Below are positions 1-9,513 of a stretch of DNA of 64,000 nt, in pieces (within the stretch, counting starts at the first letter, position 1; every line of letters starts with the position of its first letter). Source of the stretch: a virus (lineage: Duplodnaviria; Heunggongvirae; Uroviricota; Caudoviricetes); IMG/VR virus record IMGVR_UViG_3300021400_005610; one strand, 5' to 3'. Both the position numbers and the translations under genes were made by a program. The notes beneath the pieces were generated by a model. The model was not told the origin of the DNA. It saw only the letters and a program-made list of their open reading frames with translations, and made no database searches.

Positions 1-1
1 T

Positions 2-1033
2 CGTACGATGCGCTTGTTCGGTCAGCGTGCTGCCCGTTCTGGTAAGGCGATGGAAGAGTTTGATGTTGCATCATCTACTTCTAAGGCAATGCAGGATTTG
101 TCAGCAATGTTGGTCCTTGGATCATTGGCTGGTGCTGCTCTGCAGAGCTATTATGCTGATACCAAGACGCTTCCGACAGATATTCTGAAGGTAGATGCTC
201 GTATTGCGATTGCTCTGCCGATTACAGAGTACAAGACGTATCGTAAGATGTATATTGATAAATTCCGTGGAATCAAGCACATGGTTTCTGTGCATAATTT
301 CGAGGAGATTGTTCGTATTGAGATTATGATCTCTGATGTGCAGGTTCTTGCAGAAGGTGCCTCTGCTCAGTTTGCTATCGTCCAGTATGGCGAGGATCTG
401 ATGAAGGTGATGATGGATGACCTGAAAGCGCATGGCGAGAATCTGAAGGGAATTACTGCGCAGGATATTCTCGCAGCATCCAATACGATTGGTATCGATA
501 TTGGTGAAGGTACTGTTAACTTCCCAGTCTTCCAGGATGGCAGATTCAATGTTGATGCATCGATTACCTTCCCGAAAGGTTATGGTACGATTTTGGAACA
601 GGCTCGTGAGCGTCTGCAGATGGAAGGTATTCCGTTTGCTTCTCGTAAGCAGTTGGCTGATTTTCTTCTGTCTCCTACAAATGCATTGACTATGGGTCGT
701 AAGAACAAGGTCGAGCAGATTGTAAATGAGGAAACGGAAGGATTCGTTCAGGAACTTGGTATTCAGTTCAGAAAGGTGCTGGCTCGTGTCGGGTCTTACA
801 CCGAGGTCGTTTACGTCTACGGTGGTGGTGCGAATGCTGTGAAGGAACAGTTGTATCCGTTCCTTATCGATACTGTCCGTCAGTATGGCGGCGGTGAGAT
901 TACTTACCCGATTTTGTATCTGGGTTCAAGCTATTCAAGGCATCTGAACAAAGAAGGTCTGTTCATTATCGCACAAGAAGTGGCACAGGCTGCGAATGCT
1001 GCAAATGCTGGGAAACCTGCGAATACGAAGTAA
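2..1033 (+). CDS. ParM/actin-like plasmid segregation ATPase (5' partial, runs off window start)
   Basis: Frame is open from window start with no upstream start. It has IDIGEGT and GGGANA actin-fold (ParM/Alp) signatures. A hairpin plus T-run terminator follows at 1064-1098. Confidence 0.55.
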   Translation, partial: RTMRLFGQRAARSGKAMEEFDVASSTSKAMQDLSAMLVLGSLAGAALQSYYADTKTLPTDILKVDARIAIALPITEYKTYRKMYIDKFRGIKHMVSVHNFEEIVRIEIMISDVQVLAEGASAQFAIVQYGEDLMKVMMDDLKAHGENLKGITAQDILAASNTIGIDIGEGTVNFPVFQDGRFNVDASITFPKGYGTILEQARERLQMEGIPFASRKQLADFLLSPTNALTMGRKNKVEQIVNEETEGFVQELGIQFRKVLARVGSYTEVVYVYGGGANAVKEQLYPFLIDTVRQYGGGEITYPILYLGSSYSRHLNKEGLFIIAQEVAQAANAANAGKPANTK

Positions 1034-1144
1034 GTAAATTTATAATACGATAATAGGAAGACTAACGGGCGGTCTTTTGACTGCCCGTGTCTTTTTTTAT
1101 TGTTAAAATTTGTAACTTGTTGAAGTTTTAAGGAGTTGATTATC

Positions 1145-1909
1145 ATGCTAATTACAATCATCACGGTGTGTGTGACGATTGCAAGTCTTCTTGCGAATCA
1201 TTTTGCCTTTCGATATAGGCTGAATCGGAAAGAAACGAATGTTAGGAAACGTATTTTTCATGGCATTGGTAATTTCATAATTGTAATTGTATCTGCAAAC
1301 ATCTGCTTGGCACAGTTTGAATTTGGTCGAGCTGTGCAAGATTATATGCTGAAGAATGCTGCCTTTTTAGTTGCAATTTTTAGTTTTTCTATGCAACAGG
1401 TTCTCAGCGATTTAATCGGTGGTATGATGGTTGCTTGGTCGAAGCCATATGATATCGGGGAAAGAATCAATTTAGCTACAAAGGATATTACAGGTATCGT
1501 AGAGGATATAACGATTCGACATACTGTAATTAAATGTTATGACAATACGAGGTTGATTATACCAAATAGTGTGATCAATAAGGAGATGCTTCGTAATGCA
1601 GATTATGCGGATTGTCTTTGCGGAAACTTTGTGACGGTAACTGTAGCATTTGATTCCGATTTAGATAGGGCGATTCTTTTGATGAAGACGATTATTTATA
1701 ATGACCAGGATACTTTGTATAAGGGTAAGAAGGAAGGCGTTCATAAAGAATTGGATGTGCAGGTTTCGCAATTTAATAAAGATGGAATTGAATTGAAAGC
1801 GATTGTCTGGACGCCTGATACCGATACGAATTTCGCGGCTTGTAGCCGTATTCGTAAGGAAATTTGGTCGCAGTTTAAGACGTTAGGTATTCAGATTACA
1901 AGTGGATAA
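1145..1909 (+). CDS. MscS-family mechanosensitive channel
   Basis: N-terminal TM helices precede a PYDIGERI...GIVEDITIRHTVIKCYDNTRLIIPNSVI MscS beta-domain signature. AGGAG sits 9 nt upstream of ATG 1145 (the ORF track starts at in-frame TTG 1136). Confidence 0.65.
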   Translation: MLITIITVCVTIASLLANHFAFRYRLNRKETNVRKRIFHGIGNFIIVIVSANICLAQFEFGRAVQDYMLKNAAFLVAIFSFSMQQVLSDLIGGMMVAWSKPYDIGERINLATKDITGIVEDITIRHTVIKCYDNTRLIIPNSVINKEMLRNADYADCLCGNFVTVTVAFDSDLDRAILLMKTIIYNDQDTLYKGKKEGVHKELDVQVSQFNKDGIELKAIVWTPDTDTNFAACSRIRKEIWSQFKTLGIQITSG

Positions 1910-2062
1910 TGTTGTTGATGTTATATATCGTGTAGATTTTCTATGCGATATATAATTTTTTCTTGACGGTGACCATCCTTTGGTGTATAATAAAATCACA
2001 TAAATGAGTGTTTTCTCATTTGATGTGTAGATTTTGATTGTCAAATGGAGGGTCGTATTCTG

Positions 2063-2827
2063 ATGGGAAAGATAATTGGATTGATGAACGAAAAGGGTGG
2101 CGTTGGTAAGTCAGCTCTGACGTTTTCATGTGCTTGGTACTTGATGGAATCGGGTAAGAAAGTTCTTATCGTAGATATGGACGGTCAGCAAGCCAATATT
2201 ACGTATTTAAGTGGATTGCAGACAGATACAGCGACCAAGACGATGGAAGATGTCTTGATGAAGGATGTTGATCCGAAGGACTGTTGCGTAAATGTCGCAT
2301 CGTCTGAGAATGGCCTGTTGGATATGTTGCCCGCAACGATTCAAATGGCTGGTTTACCATCTACTGCTAAGATTAGTAAGATGAAGAAAGCGATGAAGTC
2401 GCTTGCGTCGAAATATGATTATGTTTTTTTGGATGTGAATCCGTCGCCAGACTGGAGACACGCTTTGGTTTTATCTGTTTTGGATAAAGTCTATATTGTT
2501 ATGCTTCTTGATGTTCTTTCTTTAGAGGCGAATAAGGGTATCTTTGAGTCCATCGAAGAAGTTCAGGATAGCACCAATTCGAATCTTGAGATTGGTGGTA
2601 TTATTTTGAATCAGACGGATCTTCGAACAAAACTTGCGAATGCTGTTTTGGAGAAGGTTAAGGAAATGGCTGATTTCTATCACACTGATGTGTGCGAAGG
2701 GGCTTTTGTTCGGAAAGCTGTGGCTTTTGCGGAGTCCGTCGCAGCACATCAGGGTATCACGGCATATGCAGCGAAGTCTGGTGTTGCCGATGATATTCGT
2801 AAGTTGACTGAAATTATCGTACGATAA
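2063..2827 (+). CDS. parA: ParA/Soj-family partition ATPase
   Basis: Deviant Walker A KGGVGKS, a typical ParA. GGAGGG RBS precedes ATG 2063. Confidence 0.85.
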   Translation: MGKIIGLMNEKGGVGKSALTFSCAWYLMESGKKVLIVDMDGQQANITYLSGLQTDTATKTMEDVLMKDVDPKDCCVNVASSENGLLDMLPATIQMAGLPSTAKISKMKKAMKSLASKYDYVFLDVNPSPDWRHALVLSVLDKVYIVMLLDVLSLEANKGIFESIEEVQDSTNSNLEIGGIILNQTDLRTKLANAVLEKVKEMADFYHTDVCEGAFVRKAVAFAESVAAHQGITAYAAKSGVADDIRKLTEIIVR

Positions 2828-2843
2828 GAAAGGAAAGAATATT

Positions 2844-3134
2844 ATGGGAAAGTTTAATTTGAACGAATTCGATATGGGCAAAAAGAAGGAAAAGGCTGTC
2901 AAGCCTGTAGAAGAGACGCAGGTCGCTGAAAAAGTTGTGACCCAGACTTCTGCGAAAAAGGTGCCGATGATGAATATCAGATTTTCTCCTGAAAATTATG
3001 AATATATGCGTCGTGAGGCAGCGATGAGAGGTTTGTCGGTTATCAAGTTTACGAACTGGATTATTGATCAGTATCGTAGTGATCCTGCGCATGTTCATAA
3101 TAATGATCTTTATATGAATGAAGAGAACTGGTAA
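2844..3134 (+). CDS. small RHH DNA-binding protein, ParG/CopG-like partner of ParA
   Basis: 96 aa, immediately downstream of parA. The C-terminal NIRFSPENYEYMRREAAMRGLSVIKF is ribbon-helix-helix-like. Function is by position and fold guess. Confidence 0.55.
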   Translation: MGKFNLNEFDMGKKKEKAVKPVEETQVAEKVVTQTSAKKVPMMNIRFSPENYEYMRREAAMRGLSVIKFTNWIIDQYRSDPAHVHNNDLYMNEENW

Positions 3135-3185
3135 TTTTCATCCATATGGTGTATAATAAGGATGCTCCTTTTGGGGCGTCCTTAT

Positions 3186-3350
3186 TTTTTTGGCCTTTTA
3201 CGAAACATCGTATTCAAAAAGATGTAGTCTAATACTAGAAAGAATACGATGAATACGATATTTTGCCATTTTTCATATTTTTCTTTTGTAAAATATGATG
3301 GCGAATATTATTTTTTGCCTGATTTATGGCGAAACATCGATTTACGTGGA
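3186..3350. repeat. AT-rich repeat region (iteron/centromere-like)
   Basis: Direct repeats cgaaacatcg x2 (about 3192 and 3333). Tandem gaatacgat x2 with an inverted partner atcgtattc. AT-rich and non-coding, between the par genes and the next operon. Confidence 0.4.
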
Positions 3351-3368
3351 ATTATATTGATTTATGTG

Positions 3369-3397
3369 TTGACTTTCTCAGAGTAAGTGCTTATAAT
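3369..3397 (+). promoter_or_regulatory. sigma70-like promoter (TTGACT-17-TATAAT)
   Basis: -35 TTGACT at 3369-3374 and -10 TATAAT at 3392-3397 with a 17 bp spacer, about 45 nt upstream of the CDS at 3441. Confidence 0.6.
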
Positions 3398-3440
3398 ATG
3401 AAATGTACCCGCACAATGAAAGAAAGGTTGGTCGTAATTT

Positions 3441-3662
3441 ATGAAGGATGAAGCGAAAGTGAGTCGCAGGGATGATACTCCTCTGTGTGAGAAACTTTGT
3501 TTGACTGTTTCTGAGGCATCAAAGTATTCGGGAATTGGTATTAATAAGATTAGTGAGTTGCTGAATGACCCATCTTGTCCGTTCGTGATGCGTGTCGGTC
3601 GTAAACGCATGGTCAAGCGCGAAGCGTTTGAGGAATTTATTAAGTCTGTAGAACAGATTTAA
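3441..3662 (+). CDS. HTH DNA-binding protein, excisionase/MerR-like (HTH_17 type)
   Basis: 73 aa. The LTVSEASKYSGIGINKISELL helix-turn-helix is followed by a basic tail. GAAAGG RBS. Confidence 0.6.
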   Translation: MKDEAKVSRRDDTPLCEKLCLTVSEASKYSGIGINKISELLNDPSCPFVMRVGRKRMVKREAFEEFIKSVEQI

Positions 3663-3682
3663 CGAGCGGAAGAGGTGATAAT

Positions 3683-5389
3683 ATGTCTGATGTAAAAACC
3701 ACTATGGTGAATACTGTCGGACAGCCTGTTCCAGCAAAGACCCGTCTCTCCGTGATTCGTAAAGCTACGATGGACACGCTGCACGCATTAACTGCTGCTG
3801 AGTTGAAAGACCCAACGGTGGTAGAGTCACGTGTTTTGCAAGCTGTCCATAATGAAATCGAACTGGAAAATGCCGTCAGAAAGGCGTCAAAGCAAGATAC
3901 GTGGAAACATATCAATGAGTTGATGCCATCGCAGATTGCTGATATCATCGTGTATTCATATCCGATACGCCGTATAGCGGGTGCGGGAAAAAATGCCGAT
4001 GAAGATCAAGATATCTTGGCTATTTATCAGTATAGCGGAGAAGCCGAAGGTACGTATGTGACATCCAACGTGATGTTTAGGCAGTTAATGCGTAGTTATA
4101 ATTATGCAATAACGTCGAAGCAAGCAGAGGAAGTTACGCAGGCAATGATGGAACAACTGCCGCGTGTCACTGTTTGCAAGGAGCGGAATCTCGTTGCAGT
4201 AAATAACGGTATTTTCGATTATGACACGAAAACTTTGTCTCCGTTCGATCCGAATTATGTGTTCTTGACAAAGTCTGGGGTGAATTATAATCCGAATGCG
4301 ACCAACCCAGTCATTCATAATGATGATGATGGCACTGATTGGGACGTAGAGTCATGGATGAAAGAGTTGTCCGATGATCCTGAGATTGTAAATCTTCTTT
4401 GGGAGATTATCGGTGCGATTATTCGTCCTCTTGTTCCGTGGAATAAGTCCGCATGGTTCTATTCCGAGACAGGTAACAATGGTAAGGGTACATTGTGTGA
4501 ACTGATGCGCCAGATTGTTGGCGATGGAACGTATGCGTCGATTCAGTTGTCTGAATTCAGTAAGGACTTTATGTTGGAGCCTTTGCTTCGTTCTTCGGCA
4601 ATTATTGTTGATGAGAATGATGTTGGTACTTATATTGATAAGGCGGCTAACTTGAAGGCTGTCATTACGGGTGATGTTTTGTCAATCAACCGTAAATATA
4701 AGGCCCCTGTTGCGTTTCAGTTTCGAGGTTTTATGGTTCAGTGTTTGAACGAAATGCCTCGTATTAAGGATAGATCAGATTCGTTTTATAGACGACAGCT
4801 GTTCATTCCGTTCACGAAGTGCTTTACGGGCGTTGAGCGCAAATATATCAAAGAGGATTATTTGAAGCGTAAGGATGTTCTGGAATATGTTTTGAAACGT
4901 GTTTTGAACATGAATTACTATACGCTTTCCGAGCCTGCGGCGTGTAAGAATGCTCTTGAAGAATATAAAGATTTTGTCGATACGACAAGGTCGTTTATGC
5001 AAGAGATTATGCCGAAACTTCAGTGGACTTTGGTTCCTTTTGATTTTCTTTTTGACCTGTATAAGGTATGGTATAAAGATACGGTCGGTAACGACCATAA
5101 TCAAAAGAGTAAGCCTGGTTTCGTGAAGGATGTCAAGCAGATTGTAATGTCATCATATCCTGAATGGGAAGTTTGCATGAATCCTGTGAGACCTGCGAGC
5201 AATATGAATGCAACTGAACCTTTAATTTACGAATATCGGTTGGATAAATGGAAAAATCCGTCCTATCATGGAACGGATATTGAAAAGATTTGTCATCCGA
5301 CACTTAGTACATCGTATCGTGGTATTCGTAAGACGGGTCTTCCCTATAGTATGCGGAATAAAGCATCTGATGGGGATGATGACAAATGA
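3683..5389 (+). CDS. phage/plasmid primase P4-family C-terminal domain NTPase (D5-like)
   Basis: The P-loop ETGNNGKGT is followed by a VDEND Walker B, typical of P4 alpha/D5 C-terminal NTPases. No primase N-terminal motifs were recognised. Confidence 0.6.
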   Translation: MSDVKTTMVNTVGQPVPAKTRLSVIRKATMDTLHALTAAELKDPTVVESRVLQAVHNEIELENAVRKASKQDTWKHINELMPSQIADIIVYSYPIRRIAGAGKNADEDQDILAIYQYSGEAEGTYVTSNVMFRQLMRSYNYAITSKQAEEVTQAMMEQLPRVTVCKERNLVAVNNGIFDYDTKTLSPFDPNYVFLTKSGVNYNPNATNPVIHNDDDGTDWDVESWMKELSDDPEIVNLLWEIIGAIIRPLVPWNKSAWFYSETGNNGKGTLCELMRQIVGDGTYASIQLSEFSKDFMLEPLLRSSAIIVDENDVGTYIDKAANLKAVITGDVLSINRKYKAPVAFQFRGFMVQCLNEMPRIKDRSDSFYRRQLFIPFTKCFTGVERKYIKEDYLKRKDVLEYVLKRVLNMNYYTLSEPAACKNALEEYKDFVDTTRSFMQEIMPKLQWTLVPFDFLFDLYKVWYKDTVGNDHNQKSKPGFVKDVKQIVMSSYPEWEVCMNPVRPASNMNATEPLIYEYRLDKWKNPSYHGTDIEKICHPTLSTSYRGIRKTGLPYSMRNKASDGDDDK

Positions 5390-5406
5390 TACGTTCTGAT
5401 TTGAAT

Positions 5407-5441
5407 GATCGGGCTTGCATATATTTGCAGGCCCGATTTTA
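5407..5441 (+). terminator. rho-independent terminator
   Basis: cgggcttgca...tgcaggcccg hairpin followed by a T-run. Confidence 0.55.
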
Positions 5442-5623
5442 TTGTTTCGATTGAATATCTGTGTCAGAAGTGTTTCAGTATTAGAATCTAATACTGAGTG
5501 ACACAGCTTTTTCGAAAAAACATTTTCGGAAAAGAGTTGATAATTGTGATTAATTATGGTATTCTGTTAGAAACAATTGATTCATCTGCGTCAATTTTTT
5601 TTAAGGAAAAAGGGGGTTATGAA

Positions 5624-5974
5624 ATGGCCGAGAAGAAAGAATTTGTGAAGAAAAATCCAGATCTTCGAGAGCGTGTAACGCTTCGTATGACTAAAGATGA
5701 GAAAGATAAGTTAGAATATTGGGCGAATAAAGCTGGATATTCTATCAATGAATTTGTGCTTCGACTTTTAGAGCGTTGGGTGGATATCGAAAATGGAAAT
5801 TATCAGTTGCCGACTTTGGAAGTGCAGAGACTGAATCAGTTGATTGAATCACAGACTGTTATGTCGAGAAATATGCAGGCTTTGGAGCAGGTTGTTATTA
5901 ACGGATTTGATTCATTATTGAGTTTGACTCGTGGTGATAACTATCTGTTGGAACAAACTGATGATGGAGAGTGA
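5624..5974 (+). CDS. RHH-type small DNA-binding protein (MobC/CopG-like)
   Basis: AAGGGGG RBS precedes ATG 5624 (the ORF track frame from 5498 is extended upstream). RVTLRMTKDEKDKLEYWANKAGYSINEFV is RHH-like. Confidence 0.5.
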   Translation: MAEKKEFVKKNPDLRERVTLRMTKDEKDKLEYWANKAGYSINEFVLRLLERWVDIENGNYQLPTLEVQRLNQLIESQTVMSRNMQALEQVVINGFDSLLSLTRGDNYLLEQTDDGE

Positions 5975-5985
5975 GGTAGATAATT

Positions 5986-6582
5986 ATGGCACAGGAGATG
6001 GGTAAACTTTCTGAGGGTAAGAAAGGTATTGAGATTTCATCGGATGTAGCTGATCGTATTCATGGTAGGAAGCGTACGAAGGCAGCAGACAATGGAAATT
6101 ATAGTGTTGTAAGGGAATTTCCTACGTTTATTCTTCGTATGGCTCGTGCTGCTTTTCCGAATGCTACGAATAATACTGATGCGCTTGTTGCATATTTAGC
6201 AACGATGTGTCCTGATGTTCAGGATAGTTCTGATTTTAACAAGTATGTTACAGATAATCAGAAGGATTTGATTGATGATGCGAATGCTGGTATGTATAGT
6301 GAATTATCAGATCGTATGCTGATGGTTAAAAAGAAATTGGATGCTATGGCAAATAATGATACTACAATTAAATTGCTTTTATATCTGTTAGTTGCTGATC
6401 GTTATAATCTGTCTACTAAGTTGACAGATTCGACAGGTTTTGGTTCAAAGCATGATCTTTCGCAGGAGAGTTTGGGCCCATTTATGGATGAACTTTATGC
6501 GTTAAGTACGTTCTTCGATAAGGAATCTACTGAATTCAGTCACATAAAGTCGAGACGAGATGGTCGTCCAATGAATTTTTGA
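5986..6582 (+). CDS. hypothetical protein
   Basis: 198 aa ORF with a GAGG RBS and no recognisable motif. Confidence 0.5.
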   Translation: MAQEMGKLSEGKKGIEISSDVADRIHGRKRTKAADNGNYSVVREFPTFILRMARAAFPNATNNTDALVAYLATMCPDVQDSSDFNKYVTDNQKDLIDDANAGMYSELSDRMLMVKKKLDAMANNDTTIKLLLYLLVADRYNLSTKLTDSTGFGSKHDLSQESLGPFMDELYALSTFFDKESTEFSHIKSRRDGRPMNF

Positions 6583-6611
6583 TTTTATTTTGTGATGTTT
6601 GAGAAAATCGC

Positions 6612-6640
6612 TTGAAAAATGCGATGATTTGCTGTAAAAT
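6612..6640 (+). promoter_or_regulatory. sigma70-like promoter (TTGAAA-17-TAAAAT)
   Basis: Hexamers with a 17 bp spacer upstream of the topoisomerase gene. Confidence 0.5.
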
Positions 6641-6704
6641 GATAACAGCGCATATTTTGTGATTTATGTCGATTTGAAAGTGAATATTGAAAGGAGCTTT
6701 GGTT

Positions 6705-8960
6705 ATGATAGGTATTCTGACGGAGAAACCGTCTGCTGGACGTAATTTTGCAAAGGCTTTAGGCGGTGCGTCTGGGAGTTATAATGGCGAGCAGTATATT
6801 ATTGTTGCTGCGAGAGGCCATTTGTATGAGTTTGCTGATCCTGAGAAGCAGGTCGCAAAAGCATTGGCTGATCAGTATTATTCTTGGAATTTGAAGCATC
6901 TTCCTTGGAATGAAACGGATTTTACTTGGAAACGAGTAAAGAAGCAGGATGCTGATAGTGCTCTTGGTCCTATTCAGCAGCAGTTGTCTAAGTGTGATGA
7001 GATCACCATTGCAACTGATGTGGACCCTACGGGAGAAGGTGAGCTGTTAGCTTGGGAGATTCTGGATGAGCTTGGGCTTCATCCGAAGAAGTGGTCTCGT
7101 ATGTATTTTACAGATGAGGCTCCGAAGTCTATTCAGCAGGCATTTGTAAATCGTAAGCCGTTGAAAGATATGGCCACTGACATGGATTATGTCAAAGCGG
7201 ATTATCGTTCCAAGTTTGACTTCTTGACCATGCAGTTTACACGTATTGCTACGCTTAATGGCGATGGTAGGAGTGTTCTTAGACAGGGTCGTCTGAAGTC
7301 AGCGATGGTTCTGATTGTAGGCAATCAGCTGAAGGCGATTGCCGAGTATAAGAAGGTTCCTTTCTATCAGAATAGGTTCAAGGATGAGAATGGCGTTGTC
7401 TATACGAATCCTGATGAACCTCAATATAAATCCAAGGACGAAGTTCCGAACAATTTACATCCGTCATCTGTGACGGTAGACAGCAAGACGATGAAATCGT
7501 CTGCTCCTCCTAAGTTGCTCGACCTTGCGGCTCTGTCTGCACGGTTGAGTTCTCGTGGCTATAAGGCTAAAGATGTGCTGGCTGTTTATCAGAAGATGTA
7601 CGAATCACAGGTTGTTTCGTATCCTCGTACGGAAGATAAGGTGATTACACCTGAACAGTTCAACGAACTGCTTCCGAAGATTGACCAGATTGCTGCCGTT
7701 GTTGGTGTCAACGCATCTGTATTGACCCATAGACAGCCTCGTGCGACCCATGTTAAGACGGGTGGCGCTCACGGTGCAAACCGTCCTGGTCCATCTGTTC
7801 CGTCTTCTTTGGCTGAGTTGTCTAAGTATGATGCTCCGAATACGAAGGGGTTGGCCGCTGCGATCTATGAGATTTTGGCGCGAAATTATTTGGCGACTAT
7901 CGCTGAGGACTACGAGTATGAGGCTCAGAAGGGTCATGTAACGGATTTCCCGAAGTTTACAGGTTCGGCAAGTGTTCCGAAGAAACTGGGTTGGAAGGAA
8001 GTCTTTGATGCAGACGATATCGATGAAGATGATTCTTCTGCTGGTCTTGGTCAGAATGCAGAACCGTTTATCCACGAAGGTTTCCCGCCGAAGCCTACTC
8101 AGCCTACGATGAAGTGGCTGATGGGTCAGCTTGAAAAGCATGATGTAGGTACAGGTGCAACTCGTACCAGTATTTATGCGGATGTTACGAATGAGAAAGC
8201 GAAGTATCCGCTTCTTCTGGAAACGAAGGGTAAGATTTCTATGACGCCATATGGCGATATGTCTTATAAACTTCTTCCAGATACGCATATTGGTGATCTT
8301 AAGATCACTGAACAGTTGCAGGCTGATATGCGTGATATTGCGGCGGGTAAGGTTGATCCAGCCGTATGTTTGCATCGTATGCAGCAGATGGTCAAGGATG
8401 ACCTTGCTACGATGGCTGCGAATGGTCTGAAGATGCGTGAGGAACTTGGTATTAAGCTGGTGTCCGACGTTGAGTATGTCGAAGGTACATGGAACGGACA
8501 GCAGGTGAAGTTCAAGAAGGTATGGGGTGGCCATACATTTACCGATGAAGAAGCGAAGAAGCTTCTTGATGGCGAAGAGATTCTGATTTTCAATGTACAG
8601 AGCCCGAAGGGAACGTACAATGTAAAGGGTAAATTGGACAACCAGACCTTTAAGGGGAAGAAGTTCTTCGGTTTTGTTCCGACAGGTTTCGTGAATGATG
8701 ATGGTTCGGAACGGACATCCAATAAGAATATGGATGATTATTACGAAGGAACTTGGAAGAAGAAGAAGGTCACATTTAAGAGAGTGTGGGGCGAGCATCG
8801 TTTCACTGATCAGGAATGTGAGGATTTGTTGGCTGGTAAGGAGATTTCCTTTGAAGCCAAGTCAAAGGGTGGTAAGACATATACCGCCAAAGGTAAGCTT
8901 GCAAATCAGTCTTATAATGGCAACAAGTTTGTTGGCTTTAAGCCTGATTTCAATAAATAA
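6705..8960 (+). CDS. topB: DNA topoisomerase III with C-terminal Toprim_Crpt-type repeats
   Basis: Toprim N-terminus TEKPSAGRNFAKALGG and the topoisomerase IA core. The C-terminus carries two repeats of the type GTWNGQQVKFKKVWGGHTFTDEEAKKLLDGEEI. AAGGAG RBS precedes ATG 6705. Confidence 0.9.
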   Translation: MIGILTEKPSAGRNFAKALGGASGSYNGEQYIIVAARGHLYEFADPEKQVAKALADQYYSWNLKHLPWNETDFTWKRVKKQDADSALGPIQQQLSKCDEITIATDVDPTGEGELLAWEILDELGLHPKKWSRMYFTDEAPKSIQQAFVNRKPLKDMATDMDYVKADYRSKFDFLTMQFTRIATLNGDGRSVLRQGRLKSAMVLIVGNQLKAIAEYKKVPFYQNRFKDENGVVYTNPDEPQYKSKDEVPNNLHPSSVTVDSKTMKSSAPPKLLDLAALSARLSSRGYKAKDVLAVYQKMYESQVVSYPRTEDKVITPEQFNELLPKIDQIAAVVGVNASVLTHRQPRATHVKTGGAHGANRPGPSVPSSLAELSKYDAPNTKGLAAAIYEILARNYLATIAEDYEYEAQKGHVTDFPKFTGSASVPKKLGWKEVFDADDIDEDDSSAGLGQNAEPFIHEGFPPKPTQPTMKWLMGQLEKHDVGTGATRTSIYADVTNEKAKYPLLLETKGKISMTPYGDMSYKLLPDTHIGDLKITEQLQADMRDIAAGKVDPAVCLHRMQQMVKDDLATMAANGLKMREELGIKLVSDVEYVEGTWNGQQVKFKKVWGGHTFTDEEAKKLLDGEEILIFNVQSPKGTYNVKGKLDNQTFKGKKFFGFVPTGFVNDDGSERTSNKNMDDYYEGTWKKKKVTFKRVWGEHRFTDQECEDLLAGKEISFEAKSKGGKTYTAKGKLANQSYNGNKFVGFKPDFNK

Positions 8961-9005
8961 TTAGACTACGGTAAACGTTAAAACTGAAAGGAGTTTTAGA
9001 GAATT

Positions 9006-9458
9006 ATGGCAGATCGGTTTACAGGTATGTGGAATGGTGAGAACGTAAGTTTCCCGAAAGAATGGCGTGGTGTTACACTTACGGATGCACAGTGCGAGGA
9101 TTTGCTCGCAGGTAAAGTTATTGAGGTTGTTGGTTTGACCAGTCAGCGTACTGGCAATCCGTATGGTGTTACTGCAAAGCTGGGACACCTGGTTTCAAAG
9201 ACTACTGGTAATGAGTATGTCGGTATTGAGCAGGTTGATTTCCTGCCGAGAGAGACTTTGGTCGCTCATGGTGTAAAGTTCCCTGTTCCTCGTTCTTTCT
9301 GTCAGCATGAGTTCACTGAAGATGAACGTATCATGCTTGAGTCTGGACGTAAGGTCAAGATTGATAATGCATATTCCAAGAAGAATGATAAGTATTTTTC
9401 TTGCACAGTCCATTATGACGAGGCAGAGCAGAGGATTGTATTTGACAACGACAAGTAA
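9006..9458 (+). CDS. standalone topoisomerase C-terminal repeat (Toprim_Crpt-like) protein
   Basis: 150 aa containing two copies of the same WNGENVSF..W.GVTLTDAQCEDLLAGK repeat found at the Topo III C-terminus. GAAAGGAG RBS. Confidence 0.6.
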   Translation: MADRFTGMWNGENVSFPKEWRGVTLTDAQCEDLLAGKVIEVVGLTSQRTGNPYGVTAKLGHLVSKTTGNEYVGIEQVDFLPRETLVAHGVKFPVPRSFCQHEFTEDERIMLESGRKVKIDNAYSKKNDKYFSCTVHYDEAEQRIVFDNDK

Positions 9459-9513
9459 TTGATGCGTCGTTGATTTTATATCGGAAATTTACAGTAAAGG
9501 AGGAAACCGTAAT

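Noticed and set aside
7605-8798. 397-aa minus-strand ORF
   Set aside because: It lies entirely antisense within the well-supported topoisomerase III gene. The translation is low-complexity with no RBS, typical of a shadow ORF of a GC-skewed coding strand.
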